A stretch of 64,000 bases of DNA from a virus (taxonomy: Duplodnaviria; Heunggongvirae; Uroviricota; Caudoviricetes). The stretch is taken from positions 1 through 64,000 of the IMG/VR virus record IMGVR_UViG_3300023082_000008; one strand, written 5' to 3'. A model generated the notes under the pieces. It did no database searches. It had not been told where the DNA came from and was given only the letters and a program-made list of their open reading frames with translations. Below, one piece after another: positions 16,489 to 25,795 of the stretch. The translations under genes were made by a program, and so were the position numbers. Position 1 is the stretch's first letter. The number at the start of each line of letters is the position of its first letter.

Positions 16489-16533
16489 AGTAACACAAGC
16501 GGGGCCGGTACGAAAGTACCGTCCCCGCACCAT

Positions 16534-16605
16534 TGCTCAGTAACTCAGCGGCAGAGTAGGGTGCTGTTAACACCAAAGTCGTAGGTTCGATCCCTACCTG
16601 AGCAG
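16534..16605 (+). tRNA. tRNA-Asn (anticodon GTT); CCA encoded at 16606-16608
   Basis: Acceptor TGCTCAG pairs with CTGAGCA. Anticodon loop CTGTTAA. T arm GTAGG-TTCGATC-CCTAC. Discriminator G then CCA. Confidence 0.75.
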
Positions 16606-16651
16606 CCATTCGGGCGCGAATCTAAACACGTAAAACATTAAAGGGGTTAAA

Positions 16652-16966
16652 ATGGTAGACGAATTAATCGGTACTCGCAAGGGTACAATCAAGGTAACAC
16701 AGGTTGCTTGCATTGAAGTGGACCTTGATAAAACCATTTCAAACGTTTTCCCTTTGGCAGGAATTAACGAGCCTGTGTCATCTCTGGAAGACTTGCTGGT
16801 TATTTTTAAAAAGAATGCCCAAGCGGCAATTGATTGGAATCCAGGATCAAAGTTTGAAACTGTTGATGTAACTATTCTTGCACCAGAAGTGCAAGAGCAA
16901 GTAGATTTGCTTCGCAAAAAAGCACAAGATGCCCTAGACGAAGCAAACCAACTTATCAAAGGCTAA
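16652..16966 (+). CDS. hypothetical protein
   Basis: 104-aa ORF. Confidence 0.55.
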   Translation: MVDELIGTRKGTIKVTQVACIEVDLDKTISNVFPLAGINEPVSSLEDLLVIFKKNAQAAIDWNPGSKFETVDVTILAPEVQEQVDLLRKKAQDALDEANQLIKG

Positions 16967-16972
16967 ATTCAT

Positions 16973-17057
16973 TGAGGTATAGACCGTAATTGGCAGCGGG
17001 CTCCCCTGTTAAGGGAGTGTTTAACAGACCTTGTAGGTTCGAGTCCTACTTCCTCAG
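16973..17057 (+). tRNA. tRNA-like, GTT anticodon loop, 85 nt with an unpaired 15-nt variable region (atypical)
   Basis: Acceptor TGAGGTA pairs with TTCCTCA at 6 of 7 positions. Anticodon arm CTCCC-CTGTTAA-GGGAG. T arm GTAGG-TTCGAGT-CCTAC. Confidence 0.4.
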
Positions 17058-17082
17058 CGCAAAAGAAAGTCAAGAGAAAGAC

Positions 17083-17111
17083 TTGACACCCACTGGTCAG
17101 TAAGATAGACT
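17083..17111 (+). promoter_or_regulatory. promoter TTGACA-17-TAGACT driving an ~850-nt non-coding transcript and tRNA-Lys
   Basis: TTGACA 17083-17088, TAGACT 17106-17111. Confidence 0.6.
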
Positions 17112-17950
17112 GGTGGAACACCAAGCGGGCCGAATGTTGGCCGATACCATAGGATTCGTCCTCGGAGTCGTAGCACCGGCGCTTGGTTCATAATTTAAAA
17201 CAGGCATGGCTGATAAGTGCGGGTGACCGTACAGAAAGGCTAGATGACTTCTAGTCGCCAGTGACGCAAGTCGCGGGTAAACCATGCAATCTGCAACTAC
17301 CAAGAGTCTTGAAAGAGGTTCTAACCCGGTGAGCAGGGAACGGCCAGCGCCTAGCGGTGAGGTCAACGGTGTACCCAAGCCAAGGTTTCCATACGCAAAT
17401 CGGCAAAGTAGGACAGAAGGATATGCTAGTCCAAGGCTGCAACCGAGGGCGGTATCCATGTTCAGGAGAAAGTGGACTGCGGAGTTCATGAGTACTCGTT
17501 ACGATTGTCAGTAGCCGCAAGCGAACGCATATTGATGGTGTGAGACATTCTTTAGCCCAAAAGGCTACGGACTCTCAGGGAAACCACATCGTCTGTCGGA
17601 ACCCTTTGGGGCCGGGCTAGCGCCCCATCCAACCATTTGAAGGTTATCAAATATAAAAGCAAAAGTGTTTCCCCGCTGTAAGCGTAAGTGTCCAAATGCT
17701 AGACCGCAAGGAATCTAGCCTGTACCGCGCCGCAAGCAACGTACAGTCTGTATGAAAGTAGTTCAACCTAGAGGCTTGCTACCTTTGGGCCAAACCAAAT
17801 CAGCAGAGTAGGTTACAGCGTAAAAGAATGGTAGACTCAAACTACCGGGCATGGTAACTAGTGCGGGAACGTACTGGAAAAGTTGGGAAACAATAATCCA
17901 ACGAAAGGTTACCAGCCGGGGAGAGTATTCTCATCTCCCCGGTACAACAT
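17112..17950 (+). ncRNA. candidate large structured non-coding RNA (no convincing ORF)
   Basis: No ORF has a ribosome-binding site or is operon-consistent. Many hairpins, e.g. CCGGGGAGAGTATTCTCATCTCCCCGG, GGGGCCGGGCTAGCGCCCC and CCAAGCG...CGCTTGG. It is promoter-driven and ends at tRNA-Lys. Confidence 0.4.
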
Positions 17951-18022
17951 GGCTCTCAGACCATCCGGTTTGGTACCTCGCTCTTAACGAGAATGTATAG
18001 GGTTCGATTCCCTAGGGAGCCA
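17951..18022 (+). tRNA. tRNA-Lys (anticodon CTT)
   Basis: Acceptor GGCTCTC pairs with GGGAGCC. D stem ACCA/TGGT. Anticodon loop CTCTTAA. T arm TAGGG-TTCGATT-CCCTA. Confidence 0.75.
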
Positions 18023-18157
18023 CCGAGCAAGTCTTTACGACTATAAGCCTCAGGTGACGTGTGATAAGTGATCATAAGCGCACGGTGTACTAAGGTGAAT
18101 CATCCCAGTGATGCGAACTGCTCGACCAACTTGAACCGTCAACAGTTAGGTACACAC

Positions 18158-18484
18158 ATGAGTTACATGAGAAATGCAACCAATGACAATGTGTACCGGG
18201 CCACTATTGTGGTTGAGCAGAGGCTCCTGAAAGACGACAGCGTTGTCCAGACATGGACCGCACACTCCCGCGCATACAACACCACGTCTGCTGGTGCTAC
18301 CATGTGGCTCAACGAGCAGGTACGGGATCTTGGAGACGTTGAGAAAAGAGTCCGGGACGAATACCGCACCGACATTTATCGGACCGGTAAATCGAAGCAC
18401 AAGACGTATGAGACGCTGGTAGAAGGTACCGGAGTATTTGTCGCTACCGGTTGGACTCCCAAGCCAAAGAAAGGTAGAAAGTAA
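18158..18484 (+). CDS. hypothetical protein
   Basis: ORF from the ATG at 18158. Confidence 0.5.
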   Translation: MSYMRNATNDNVYRATIVVEQRLLKDDSVVQTWTAHSRAYNTTSAGATMWLNEQVRDLGDVEKRVRDEYRTDIYRTGKSKHKTYETLVEGTGVFVATGWTPKPKKGRK

Positions 18485-18687
18485 TGTACGCATTCACACC
18501 TAATCAGTTGCGAGCACTGGCAGATTCTATCGAGGCTCTGAATGACGGTCTTGTGGGAGATTCTTTGACAGAACTGGCCTATGACGATGTTCCAATTACC
18601 AACATGAACAACGATCTAATTGGTAAGATCAGTTACGATGAAAACGGAGCCTATGGCTTCATGGTCAAAAAGAAGTGGGGATACTAA
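18484..18687 (+). CDS. hypothetical protein
   Basis: 67-aa ORF with overlapping stop-start. Confidence 0.5.
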   Translation: MYAFTPNQLRALADSIEALNDGLVGDSLTELAYDDVPITNMNNDLIGKISYDENGAYGFMVKKKWGY

Positions 18688-19049
18688 TGGCTCGAACATT
18701 TGCTGACGATGAGGTTATCTACCGGGCGGTAGTCAAGACCGAATACCGTCACCTACAGAGCAACAAGCCTTTCATCCTTAATGAGGGAACTGAGCATGCC
18801 ACTACCGGCTATTACCGAATTAACGGGCCTTACAGTAGTACGGCAGCAGCCAAGCGTCAGTTGAAAAGCCTCTTACGCGATCCTCATAGCAAAGAAGACG
18901 TTGAGGCACAGAACAAAAGACGCGTTGAGCAGAATGCCCGCCTCGCGCAAATGGGACGCAACCCGTATCCAATGCGCGAGTATTATGAGATAGTAACTGA
19001 CTTTGGTATTGACAAAGTTGAACCATCAGACTGGAGGAGGGTTGTATGA
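18675..19049 (+). CDS. hypothetical protein
   Basis: 124-aa ORF. Confidence 0.55.
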   Translation: MGILMARTFADDEVIYRAVVKTEYRHLQSNKPFILNEGTEHATTGYYRINGPYSSTAAAKRQLKSLLRDPHSKEDVEAQNKRRVEQNARLAQMGRNPYPMREYYEIVTDFGIDKVEPSDWRRVV

Positions 19050-19369
19050 GCGTTCAAAAATTTGATTGGGGCGACAAATACTATACAGCAGCCTTCAAAT
19101 TCGTTCATACTACCGACCCTACAGTTTCTTTTATTAGATACTATGGTGTCTGGAAGACTACAAGAAATCCTAATCAGTATATCAAAACAACACTTAACTG
19201 GCAGCATAGATTTCAAAAGGCTCGTGCCGAGGGTGTGACTAAGTACATTCGATCGCCCAACGATGCGTGCTATCCTGTTCAGCACGCATCCTACAAAATT
19301 ACACATGCATGGATTTCTGTCATCGACGCCGGTACGGAAACAGTTGACAACTCCATGATCACAGTGTAG
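19046..19369 (+). CDS. hypothetical protein
   Basis: 107-aa ORF with ATGA overlap. Confidence 0.55.
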   Translation: MSVQKFDWGDKYYTAAFKFVHTTDPTVSFIRYYGVWKTTRNPNQYIKTTLNWQHRFQKARAEGVTKYIRSPNDACYPVQHASYKITHAWISVIDAGTETVDNSMITV

Positions 19370-19372
19370 ACT
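19344..19372 (+). promoter_or_regulatory. promoter TTGACA-17-TAGACT
   Basis: TTGACA 19344-19349, TAGACT 19367-19372. The -10 overlaps the stop codon of the upstream gene. Drives two tRNAs. Confidence 0.55.
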
Positions 19373-19424
19373 AGAAGTATCACGACTGGTAGTCGTTCTG
19401 TGCAGGAAGGCTACCAGTTCTCAT

Positions 19425-19497
19425 GTACACGTATTCCAATGGTAGAGAAACATCGTTGAGGACGATGCCAGTGAGGGTTCGATTCCCTTCGTGTGCA
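19425..19497 (+). tRNA. tRNA with anticodon GAG (Leu-type) but class I length; CCA encoded at 19498-19500
   Basis: Acceptor GTACACG pairs with CGTGTGC. Anticodon arm CATCG-TTGAGGA-CGATG. T arm GAGGG-TTCGATT-CCCTT. Discriminator A then CCA. No long variable arm. Confidence 0.6.
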
Positions 19498-19501
19498 CCA
19501 T

Positions 19502-19575
19502 GGCGCTCAGGTTATACGGCATTTAACATCTGACTTTTAATCAGAGGGCAGTGGGTTCGATTCCCACGGGCGCCA
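19502..19575 (+). tRNA. tRNA-Lys (anticodon TTT); CCA encoded at 19576-19578
   Basis: Acceptor GGCGCTC pairs with GGGCGCC. Anticodon arm TCTGA-CTTTTAA-TCAGA. T arm GTGGG-TTCGATT-CCCAC. Then A and CCA. Confidence 0.85.
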
Positions 19576-19653
19576 CCAAAATTTTCATGTTGACCAGTCG
19601 GTCCACATGTGCTATGCTTCTAGCACATTCCCACCAAGGAAAGGCAATCATTT

Positions 19654-21558
19654 ATGATTCCACAGAAGACCAATGCCACTGTCGAGGGTTCGCTCGGGGG
19701 TCGAACCGCTGCTGCTACTGTCCGTCCTGAGGACATGGCACATATCATGCAGGTTCTTACTGACTTGTATTCAGACAATGCTCTGGCCGTACTTAGAGAG
19801 TACAGCACCAACGCTCGCGACGTGCACATCAAGTACAAGATTGCACGTCCTATTGAGGTCACGCTACCTTCGCGCCTATCCAACACCCTGACGATCAAGG
19901 ATTTTGGTCCCGGCATGGACGGTGATGACATGGAAATCACTTATACCCATTACGGACGCTCCAACAAGCGTGAGTCTGCCGATGAAAATGGCTTTTTGGG
20001 TCTGGGCTCCAAGTCGGCCCTGACTTATACAACCACTTTCACGGTTGTTTCCGTCAAGGATGGAATTAAGACTCAGGCTGTCGTCTTTCGCGATGAGGAG
20101 GGACTGCTCCACATTAACATTGTGGCAGAATCTCCCACGACCGATCTTTCAGGAACGATTGTCACCATTCCAACAAAGTTGGGTGACAACTTTACCGATA
20201 AGGCCAGAGAGTTTTACAAGGTTTGGGACAAGGGCACGGTTCTGGTCAACGGCGAGCAGCCAAAGCACATCAGTGAAGAGGATGGTTGGACTGTCCTCGG
20301 TGATCACTACATTCGTATAAACCAGAATGGCTACCGCTCCGAGTCTCGCATGAACGTTGTCATGGGCAACGTCACCTACAAGGTTGAAATGCCGACTCCA
20401 TCATCGTTCCGTGTTGGAATTGAGACATTTACTTTCGTTCCCAACGGCTCGGTGAAGTTCGTTCCCTCTCGTGAGGCTCTGGACCTCAAGCCGTCCACAA
20501 AGGCTGTTGTAGACAATGCGTGGGATGACATGGCTACTCGCTACCTCGCTTATTTCAAGGACGGTCTGGCCAAGGCTCAGACGATTGAGGATGCCGTCAA
20601 GGTCTTCCTTCCTATGATGAGCGTGCTCGGTCACCAGCAGGGACTTGAGTGGCGCGGTATCAAGTTGCAGGAAACGAATCGCTACAATGGACGAGAGTGG
20701 TCCAAGGGCTGGCAGAACAACGGTATTGGTGCAACTCAGATGCGTGACAATGTATCTTTGTCTACCGCATATGCCAGCGACACGGCATTTATCACCAACC
20801 GTACCTCCAAGTCTTCGCTGAGTTCTGGTGAAAAGGCACGTTTGGCTCAATACTTGACCGCAAATGGCGGCGGTATTACGCGGGTTTACTTCAATGGAGA
20901 TGAACTCGATGTATTCAAGGGTGCGAAGAAGATTGATTGGCAGGTCGTTCTGACCTCGACTCAGTCTCCGACCACTCCCAAGACCACGCGTCCCAAGGAT
21001 CAATGGGAGTATTACACGACGGACGGTACCTCTCGTACCCGTCAGTTCGGCTCGGTACCGGCAGGCAAGACAGTCCTGTACGGCTCCAACACCGAACTCC
21101 GTCTAGATACTTGGAATCCCATTGACCTTGATTTTCTTAATCACATGGGTCCGCAGTACGTTTGGTTCAATGTGGCGCTGAATCGTCAGGAGAAGTTCAA
21201 GCGGGACAATCCCGGAGCGGAGCATTTCCGTACGCATCTTGACAAGTTTGTCGAGAAGGTCCGACACAGTCTGACAGAGGAAGAGAAGTTGGCTTACAAG
21301 GCTTACGATCTAGGGGATTCTCTTCTCTATGACAGTCTTCTCGGCAAGACTGATGACCCGCTTATTGACCTGATTCATGGTACAATGGGAGTAGCAAAGG
21401 TAAAGGGAGAGAAGGTAAATCGCATCCTGCGACTGGTTCGCAAGGGTTCGTTCTCAGTGCCCGGTGAAGATTACATTGCAGAGAATTACCCTCTTGCAAC
21501 ACGTGATCATATCGACCACAGCATTCTCTACATCAACTACATCAAGAATGGAAAGTGA
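19654..21558 (+). CDS. rIIA: rIIA-like protein with N-terminal GHKL (histidine-kinase-like) ATPase fold
   Basis: Bergerat-fold motifs EYSTNARD (N box), DFGPGM (G1) and GFLGLGSKS (G2). The 634-aa size and the rIIB-like gene directly downstream fit the T4 rIIA/rIIB arrangement. Confidence 0.55.
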   Translation: MIPQKTNATVEGSLGGRTAAATVRPEDMAHIMQVLTDLYSDNALAVLREYSTNARDVHIKYKIARPIEVTLPSRLSNTLTIKDFGPGMDGDDMEITYTHYGRSNKRESADENGFLGLGSKSALTYTTTFTVVSVKDGIKTQAVVFRDEEGLLHINIVAESPTTDLSGTIVTIPTKLGDNFTDKAREFYKVWDKGTVLVNGEQPKHISEEDGWTVLGDHYIRINQNGYRSESRMNVVMGNVTYKVEMPTPSSFRVGIETFTFVPNGSVKFVPSREALDLKPSTKAVVDNAWDDMATRYLAYFKDGLAKAQTIEDAVKVFLPMMSVLGHQQGLEWRGIKLQETNRYNGREWSKGWQNNGIGATQMRDNVSLSTAYASDTAFITNRTSKSSLSSGEKARLAQYLTANGGGITRVYFNGDELDVFKGAKKIDWQVVLTSTQSPTTPKTTRPKDQWEYYTTDGTSRTRQFGSVPAGKTVLYGSNTELRLDTWNPIDLDFLNHMGPQYVWFNVALNRQEKFKRDNPGAEHFRTHLDKFVEKVRHSLTEEEKLAYKAYDLGDSLLYDSLLGKTDDPLIDLIHGTMGVAKVKGEKVNRILRLVRKGSFSVPGEDYIAENYPLATRDHIDHSILYINYIKNGK

Positions 21559-22445
21559 ATCAATTGACTCAATACAATCACACAATTCACACTACCGAAG
21601 ATAGTACATTTGCTATCCTCACGGTAGATGGTGAAATTAAGGTTGCCACAGACGACAACCCGCAGATCAACGAAATTGTTGAACTGCTTCGCTCAGCCGA
21701 GACTGCAAAGTCTCGCAAGAAGAATTCGTCTGATTTTTATGCCAAGGCTCTGAGCCTGTTCGACGTTCGTGCTGCTGTTGTCAGTGCCTACGAAACCCTC
21801 TCAGACCGCATCAAGGTGGGCAATGACGACCGCGTTTATTTCGACGGGGACCGTCTGCCCGAGGTTATCGAGAACATCATCATTCGTTCTCTGCATGAGA
21901 AGAACGGTGGACATGTGTCCGTTGTCAACTTCATCGAGAAGGTTTACAGCAACGTGTCAGCACACGTGCGCGAGCACCTGTTCAACTGGCTCTTGCAGGA
22001 AGATTTCACCATCACAACAAATGGTGATATTGTAGCCTATAAGGGTCTGAACCGTGATCTTGGCTCGATTACTCGCGGTCCTGCTGTTGTGGACGGCGTG
22101 CCTGTCAACGGCTCGGTTCCAAACCTTCCCGGCTCGGTTATTGAGATTCGTCGTAGCGATGTTGTTGACAATCCTCGTGTTGGCTGTGCATTCGGTCTTC
22201 ACGCTGGAACATACGGCTATGCTTCGGACTTTGCTCGCGGTGCACTGGTAGAGGTTCACATCAACCCTCGCGATGTTGTGTCGGTTCCTACCGATTGCAG
22301 CAGCCAGAAGATGCGTGTATCTCGATACCGCGTTGTTCAGGAAGTCACGGGCAAGTACAGTCAGAGCATTGTAGCGTCACACGCTGACGACGATGTAGAC
22401 GATGACTTCTCGGTCGAGTACGACGAGTCAATTCCAGTTTACTGA
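21555..22445 (+). CDS. rIIB: rIIB-like protein (assigned by position and size)
   Basis: 296-aa ORF overlapping the rIIA-like stop (ATGA), followed by a terminator hairpin. No motif was recognised by eye. Confidence 0.4.
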   Translation: MNQLTQYNHTIHTTEDSTFAILTVDGEIKVATDDNPQINEIVELLRSAETAKSRKKNSSDFYAKALSLFDVRAAVVSAYETLSDRIKVGNDDRVYFDGDRLPEVIENIIIRSLHEKNGGHVSVVNFIEKVYSNVSAHVREHLFNWLLQEDFTITTNGDIVAYKGLNRDLGSITRGPAVVDGVPVNGSVPNLPGSVIEIRRSDVVDNPRVGCAFGLHAGTYGYASDFARGALVEVHINPRDVVSVPTDCSSQKMRVSRYRVVQEVTGKYSQSIVASHADDDVDDDFSVEYDESIPVY

Positions 22446-22465
22446 GTTTTCTCTGGTGGGAAAGT

Positions 22466-22503
22466 GGGGACCAGCGCTGTAGAGTTGCGCTGGTCCCTTT
22501 CCT
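22466..22503 (+). terminator. terminator hairpin after the rII pair
   Basis: GGGGACCAGCGC...GCGCTGGTCCC stem followed by TTTCC. Confidence 0.55.
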
Positions 22504-22504
22504 A

Positions 22505-22533
22505 TTGACAAGGCTCGGGCGGTAGGCTAGGAT
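22505..22533 (+). promoter_or_regulatory. promoter TTGACA-17-TAGGAT
   Basis: TTGACA 22505-22510, TAGGAT 22528-22533. Confidence 0.45.
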
Positions 22534-22563
22534 GGTCACACAAGCCCACGAAAAGGAACCACT

Positions 22564-22716
22564 ATGGATGAAGAAATGAAGGAAGCAGTTATTCGTAAAT
22601 TGAATAAACTGCACTACATCACCGACGATATTCTTTATGTCAACCATTCTCCCGAGAGCCTTAAGGAAGAGTTGGATTCTATCGACGCACTTATTTCTAA
22701 GTTGGAGAATGCATGA
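22564..22716 (+). CDS. small hypothetical protein (50 aa)
   Basis: First of three small ORFs with 4-nt overlaps leading into the HAD phosphatase gene. Confidence 0.35.
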   Translation: MDEEMKEAVIRKLNKLHYITDDILYVNHSPESLKEELDSIDALISKLENA

Positions 22717-22895
22717 GATTCAACTTCCTGCATCGTCGCTCTAAGACCGCACCCGGCACTGAGAAGCACGCTGTGGCCTTTGGAGCCAAGTTTGGTTATT
22801 GGCCCTGCCACCGGGGTCCATTCATTACCATCGAGGCCGGTACGCACAGAATCGACATGTGGTACGGTACCCCTAGCATTGAGAGGCAGTCATGA
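22713..22895 (+). CDS. small hypothetical protein
   Basis: 60-aa ORF with ATGA overlaps on both sides. Confidence 0.4.
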   Translation: MRFNFLHRRSKTAPGTEKHAVAFGAKFGYWPCHRGPFITIEAGTHRIDMWYGTPSIERQS

Positions 22896-23044
22896 GCCTA
22901 GACGAGTTTCGAGCCCTGTCGTCGTCAGAGATGGAAGAGCACTTGCTTTCCGTCACTGCCCTGTGCTACGATGGTGCACCCAAGTCCCTTGCTCGCAAGG
23001 TTGAACTTTACATCCAGCGAATTAGAAATGAGCGAAGCCGATGA
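22892..23044 (+). CDS. small hypothetical protein (50 aa)
   Basis: Operon-consistent with ATGA overlaps. Confidence 0.35.
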   Translation: MSLDEFRALSSSEMEEHLLSVTALCYDGAPKSLARKVELYIQRIRNERSR

Positions 23045-23490
23045 AGAAGATGAGAGACGCTGTCATTTTTGACATGGACGGCACACTGGCTGACGTGTCG
23101 AGCATCCGTCACCACGTAACCGCTGGTCAGACCGACTTTCACGCGTTCCACATGGCCTCGGTCGACGTGCCTGCGCATCAGGACATCGTTGAGGAACTGT
23201 ACCGTCATCAGGCTGACAACAAGGCAATTGTGATTGTCACGGCTCGGAACGAGCGGTACATGAACGTGACCGTGTGGTGGTGCCTGTTCGCCGGTATCAC
23301 GTACGATCAAATGTACTTCCGCCCTAGGGACGATCAGCGTCCTGACGTGGAGGTCAAGCGCGACATTCTGGCTCAACTGCGCAAGGATGGATTCAACCCT
23401 GTCCACGCCTACGATGACAACCCGAGCATCGTGAACCTGTGGGCTGAGGAAAACATTCCTTGCACCGTCGTTCCGGGGTGGATCGAGTGA
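23041..23490 (+). CDS. HAD-superfamily phosphatase (Pnk 3'-phosphatase-like)
   Basis: VIFDMDGTLAD (DxDGT motif I), IVIVTAR (motif II) and YDDNPS (motif IV). 149 aa. Lies two genes upstream of the CCA-adding enzyme. Confidence 0.65.
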   Translation: MKKMRDAVIFDMDGTLADVSSIRHHVTAGQTDFHAFHMASVDVPAHQDIVEELYRHQADNKAIVIVTARNERYMNVTVWWCLFAGITYDQMYFRPRDDQRPDVEVKRDILAQLRKDGFNPVHAYDDNPSIVNLWAEENIPCTVVPGWIE

Positions 23491-23726
23491 CTCTCGTAGA
23501 TAAGAAAATTTCCGACATGCACTTCGAGTGTTCGCTACAAACGCACAATTTCAAGCGGGGCGGTACGGCAATGAGCGATTGTTGCCGCCGTCCCGCTACA
23601 GCAGCCGTCATTATGCCTAATGGTGATAAGATGTGGCGCTGTGGTGCACATTACAATGTTCGATCCATTATGCCTTTGGCTATGGGACCATGGGTCTTCA
23701 AGATTAAGGTGCCTAATGATCTTTAG
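23487..23726 (+). CDS. Cys-rich hypothetical protein
   Basis: GTGA overlap start. Contains CCRRP and CGAHY. An ATG at 23517 is an alternative start. Confidence 0.4.
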   Translation: MTLVDKKISDMHFECSLQTHNFKRGGTAMSDCCRRPATAAVIMPNGDKMWRCGAHYNVRSIMPLAMGPWVFKIKVPNDL

Positions 23727-23916
23727 TGATAAATGGGGTGAGCACCAGCACGAAGTTTCAGTGCCGGGAAGACCTTATGATCCATCTAGGCCGATCACTT
23801 GCGCTTCCTGCATCAATAGGCTAGACTCTTCCATGAACGCATGGTTAGACAAACTGACCAAGCGCGAGAATCTCCCTCCCAAATTCTGGGACGGATACAA
23901 GTTTTCTTGGAGTTAA
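23717..23916 (+). CDS. small Cys-containing hypothetical protein
   Basis: 66-aa ORF containing CASCINRL. Confidence 0.4.
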
Positions 23917-23917
23917 T

Positions 23918-24673
23918 ATGCAGATGTACGAAGTGGGCGGTTGCGTCCGAGACGAACTGATGGGCCACAAGTCCAGCGATATTGACTTTACCGTTGAGTT
24001 GTCTGGAAATGAAGATGCTTGGCACACGCCTCTCGGTACCGACCCCTTCCTTGTGATGGTGGCAGAACTTGAGCGTCGTGGATTTCAGATTTTTGCCACT
24101 ACGCCTCACTTTTTTGTGGCCAAGGGCAAGTTCCCCAAGACTCCTGAGTTTGCTCATTACGGTGGGCTCGTGGCTGACTTCGTGCTGGCCCGCAAAGAAT
24201 CCACTTACAGTGACGGTCGTCGTCCCGACGTAGTTGCCGTTGGCAATTTGTACGATGACCTCGCCCGTCGTGACTTCACGATGAATGCCATTGCCAAGGC
24301 AGAGGACGGCACGCTGATCGACCCGTTTGGTGGCCAGGCAGCGATTGAGGGCCGGTTTATTCAGACCGTGGGTGACCCTCACCTTCGTTTTCAGGAGGAC
24401 GCTCTGCGGGCCGTGAGGGCTCTTAGGTTCAGCGTGACAAAGGGCTTCCGCATCGCGGACGGTACGAAGTTTGCCATGGAGTCCATGGCTGTGCTTCACG
24501 CTATCAACACGAACATCTCTGACGAGCGCATCATGGCAGAACTATCTAAGATGTTCCGATTCGATACCATTGATTCGCTTGCTGCACTCAACAAGTTTCC
24601 GCAGTTGACTCGCGCCATGTTTTCTGGTAAGGTCAACCTTGACGCAACGATGAAGACCAAGAACAGGGGTTGA
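23918..24673 (+). CDS. cca: tRNA nucleotidyltransferase (CCA-adding enzyme), head domain, class II Pol-beta type
   Basis: N-terminal YEVGGCVRDELMGHKSSDIDFTV matches the GGxVRD...DxD signature of class II CCA-adding and poly(A) polymerases. RRD and ERI motifs are also present. Confidence 0.75.
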   Translation: MQMYEVGGCVRDELMGHKSSDIDFTVELSGNEDAWHTPLGTDPFLVMVAELERRGFQIFATTPHFFVAKGKFPKTPEFAHYGGLVADFVLARKESTYSDGRRPDVVAVGNLYDDLARRDFTMNAIAKAEDGTLIDPFGGQAAIEGRFIQTVGDPHLRFQEDALRAVRALRFSVTKGFRIADGTKFAMESMAVLHAINTNISDERIMAELSKMFRFDTIDSLAALNKFPQLTRAMFSGKVNLDATMKTKNRG

Positions 24674-24918
24674 TTATGGTAGCGACACTGGGCGATCTAC
24701 AGAGCATGTACGAGCGCGGCAACACTGGCGAATTCAGTCACATGATTATCAAGATGGACGTAATGGATTACTCCGATTATCCTGTTTACGTTGCCAAGGG
24801 TGAAAACCCACGTGAGGTTTCCCAGAACGAGGGCGGTAGGACCATGGAGTGCTACAGTTACGCTCTCGGCTGGGAGATTCAGTCCAAGGAAATTCGAGCC
24901 AATCACTGGGAGATGTAA
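24670..24918 (+). CDS. hypothetical protein
   Basis: 82-aa ORF with ATGA overlap. Confidence 0.5.
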   Translation: MIMVATLGDLQSMYERGNTGEFSHMIIKMDVMDYSDYPVYVAKGENPREVSQNEGGRTMECYSYALGWEIQSKEIRANHWEM

Positions 24919-25238
24919 TGGGAAACCGAACAACCATGTCTCTGAGCGAGATTTACGTCAAGCGTCAGCGGGCCATGGATGAACTGTCTGACCTTGAAAA
25001 GGCTGAGGCTGAAATCAAGGCTCAGTACAAGGACTTGGCCATGGCCATGCACAACACCTTGTGTTCCCAGAATCATACCGACGTCTGTGGCTGGGACTAC
25101 GAGGGAAACGACTGGACCAGTTACGCGCATGCCAAGTGGCTCAAGCGTGCTCAGGCATTCATGGCTGAATGTAGCGAATCCACTGAGGATGAACTCGTGG
25201 CTCTGATGGGTGCTCTCAAGCGAAGCAAGTCAGTCTGA
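24918..25238 (+). CDS. hypothetical protein
   Basis: In-frame ATG overlapping the upstream TAA (TAATG). Confidence 0.5.
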   Translation: MGNRTTMSLSEIYVKRQRAMDELSDLEKAEAEIKAQYKDLAMAMHNTLCSQNHTDVCGWDYEGNDWTSYAHAKWLKRAQAFMAECSESTEDELVALMGALKRSKSV

Positions 25239-25606
25239 TGGGGCACCGTCACGAGTATGGTACGGTGCTGTTTACGGTATTTGAGGCTTGGGTTCCAAAC
25301 GGGGCCGGTACAATGAAATGCGTCGGTCAGTGGTCTGCGACTAAGGATGCCTATATTAGCGCTCGGTCTGATCCCGATAAGTACTCTGTACCGGCTGACG
25401 GAGAAATCCGTGAAATTATCTACACCTCTTGCGGTGTGACTCATATACAGTGCAACTATGTTTGCGTGCTTAAGCAGCGCGTTTACAACGGCAACCAGTC
25501 TTACTGGAAGCCGGGTGAGAATGGTTGGTCACTCAAGCACGACCCTCGCAAGGATGACCCGGAATACCAGCAGTATCTTGCTCTCAAAAAGAAGTTCGAA
25601 AAATGA
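25238..25606 (+). CDS. hypothetical protein
   Basis: 122-aa ORF with ATGA overlap. Confidence 0.5.
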   Translation: MGHRHEYGTVLFTVFEAWVPNGAGTMKCVGQWSATKDAYISARSDPDKYSVPADGEIREIIYTSCGVTHIQCNYVCVLKQRVYNGNQSYWKPGENGWSLKHDPRKDDPEYQQYLALKKKFEK

Positions 25607-25795
25607 GGCACAAAATTGTATCCAACGTTAGCCTGTGGGCTACAAATCCTTGGAGAGGTCTTGCCAAGGCCGACACATCTGTGCTACTCTATGATTCCTC
25701 CCACAGCATGCCGGACACTTTTCGGCTAGGGTTCGGGATTATTTTCCTCGGACTTGACATCATTTTTTTCAAGAAAAACTAGCAAAGGACTGAAT

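Noticed and set aside
17097-17520. ORFs 17097-17489(-), 17251-17520(-) and 17284-17514(+) inside the 850-nt region
   Set aside because: Mutually overlapping on both strands with no start context. The region is better explained as a non-coding transcript.
17112-18022. tmRNA spanning the 850-nt region with tRNA-Lys as its tRNA-like domain
   Set aside because: tRNA-Lys folds as a complete cloverleaf with its own 5' acceptor strand (GGCTCTC at 17951). No upstream 5' strand is available for a tmRNA acceptor and no tag ORF was found.
19620-20112. - strand ORFs 19620-19940 and 19876-20112 and other antisense ORFs inside rIIA, nadV, prs and the LPXTG gene
   Set aside because: Antisense to long, motif-supported + strand genes. 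These are typical chance antisense ORFs.
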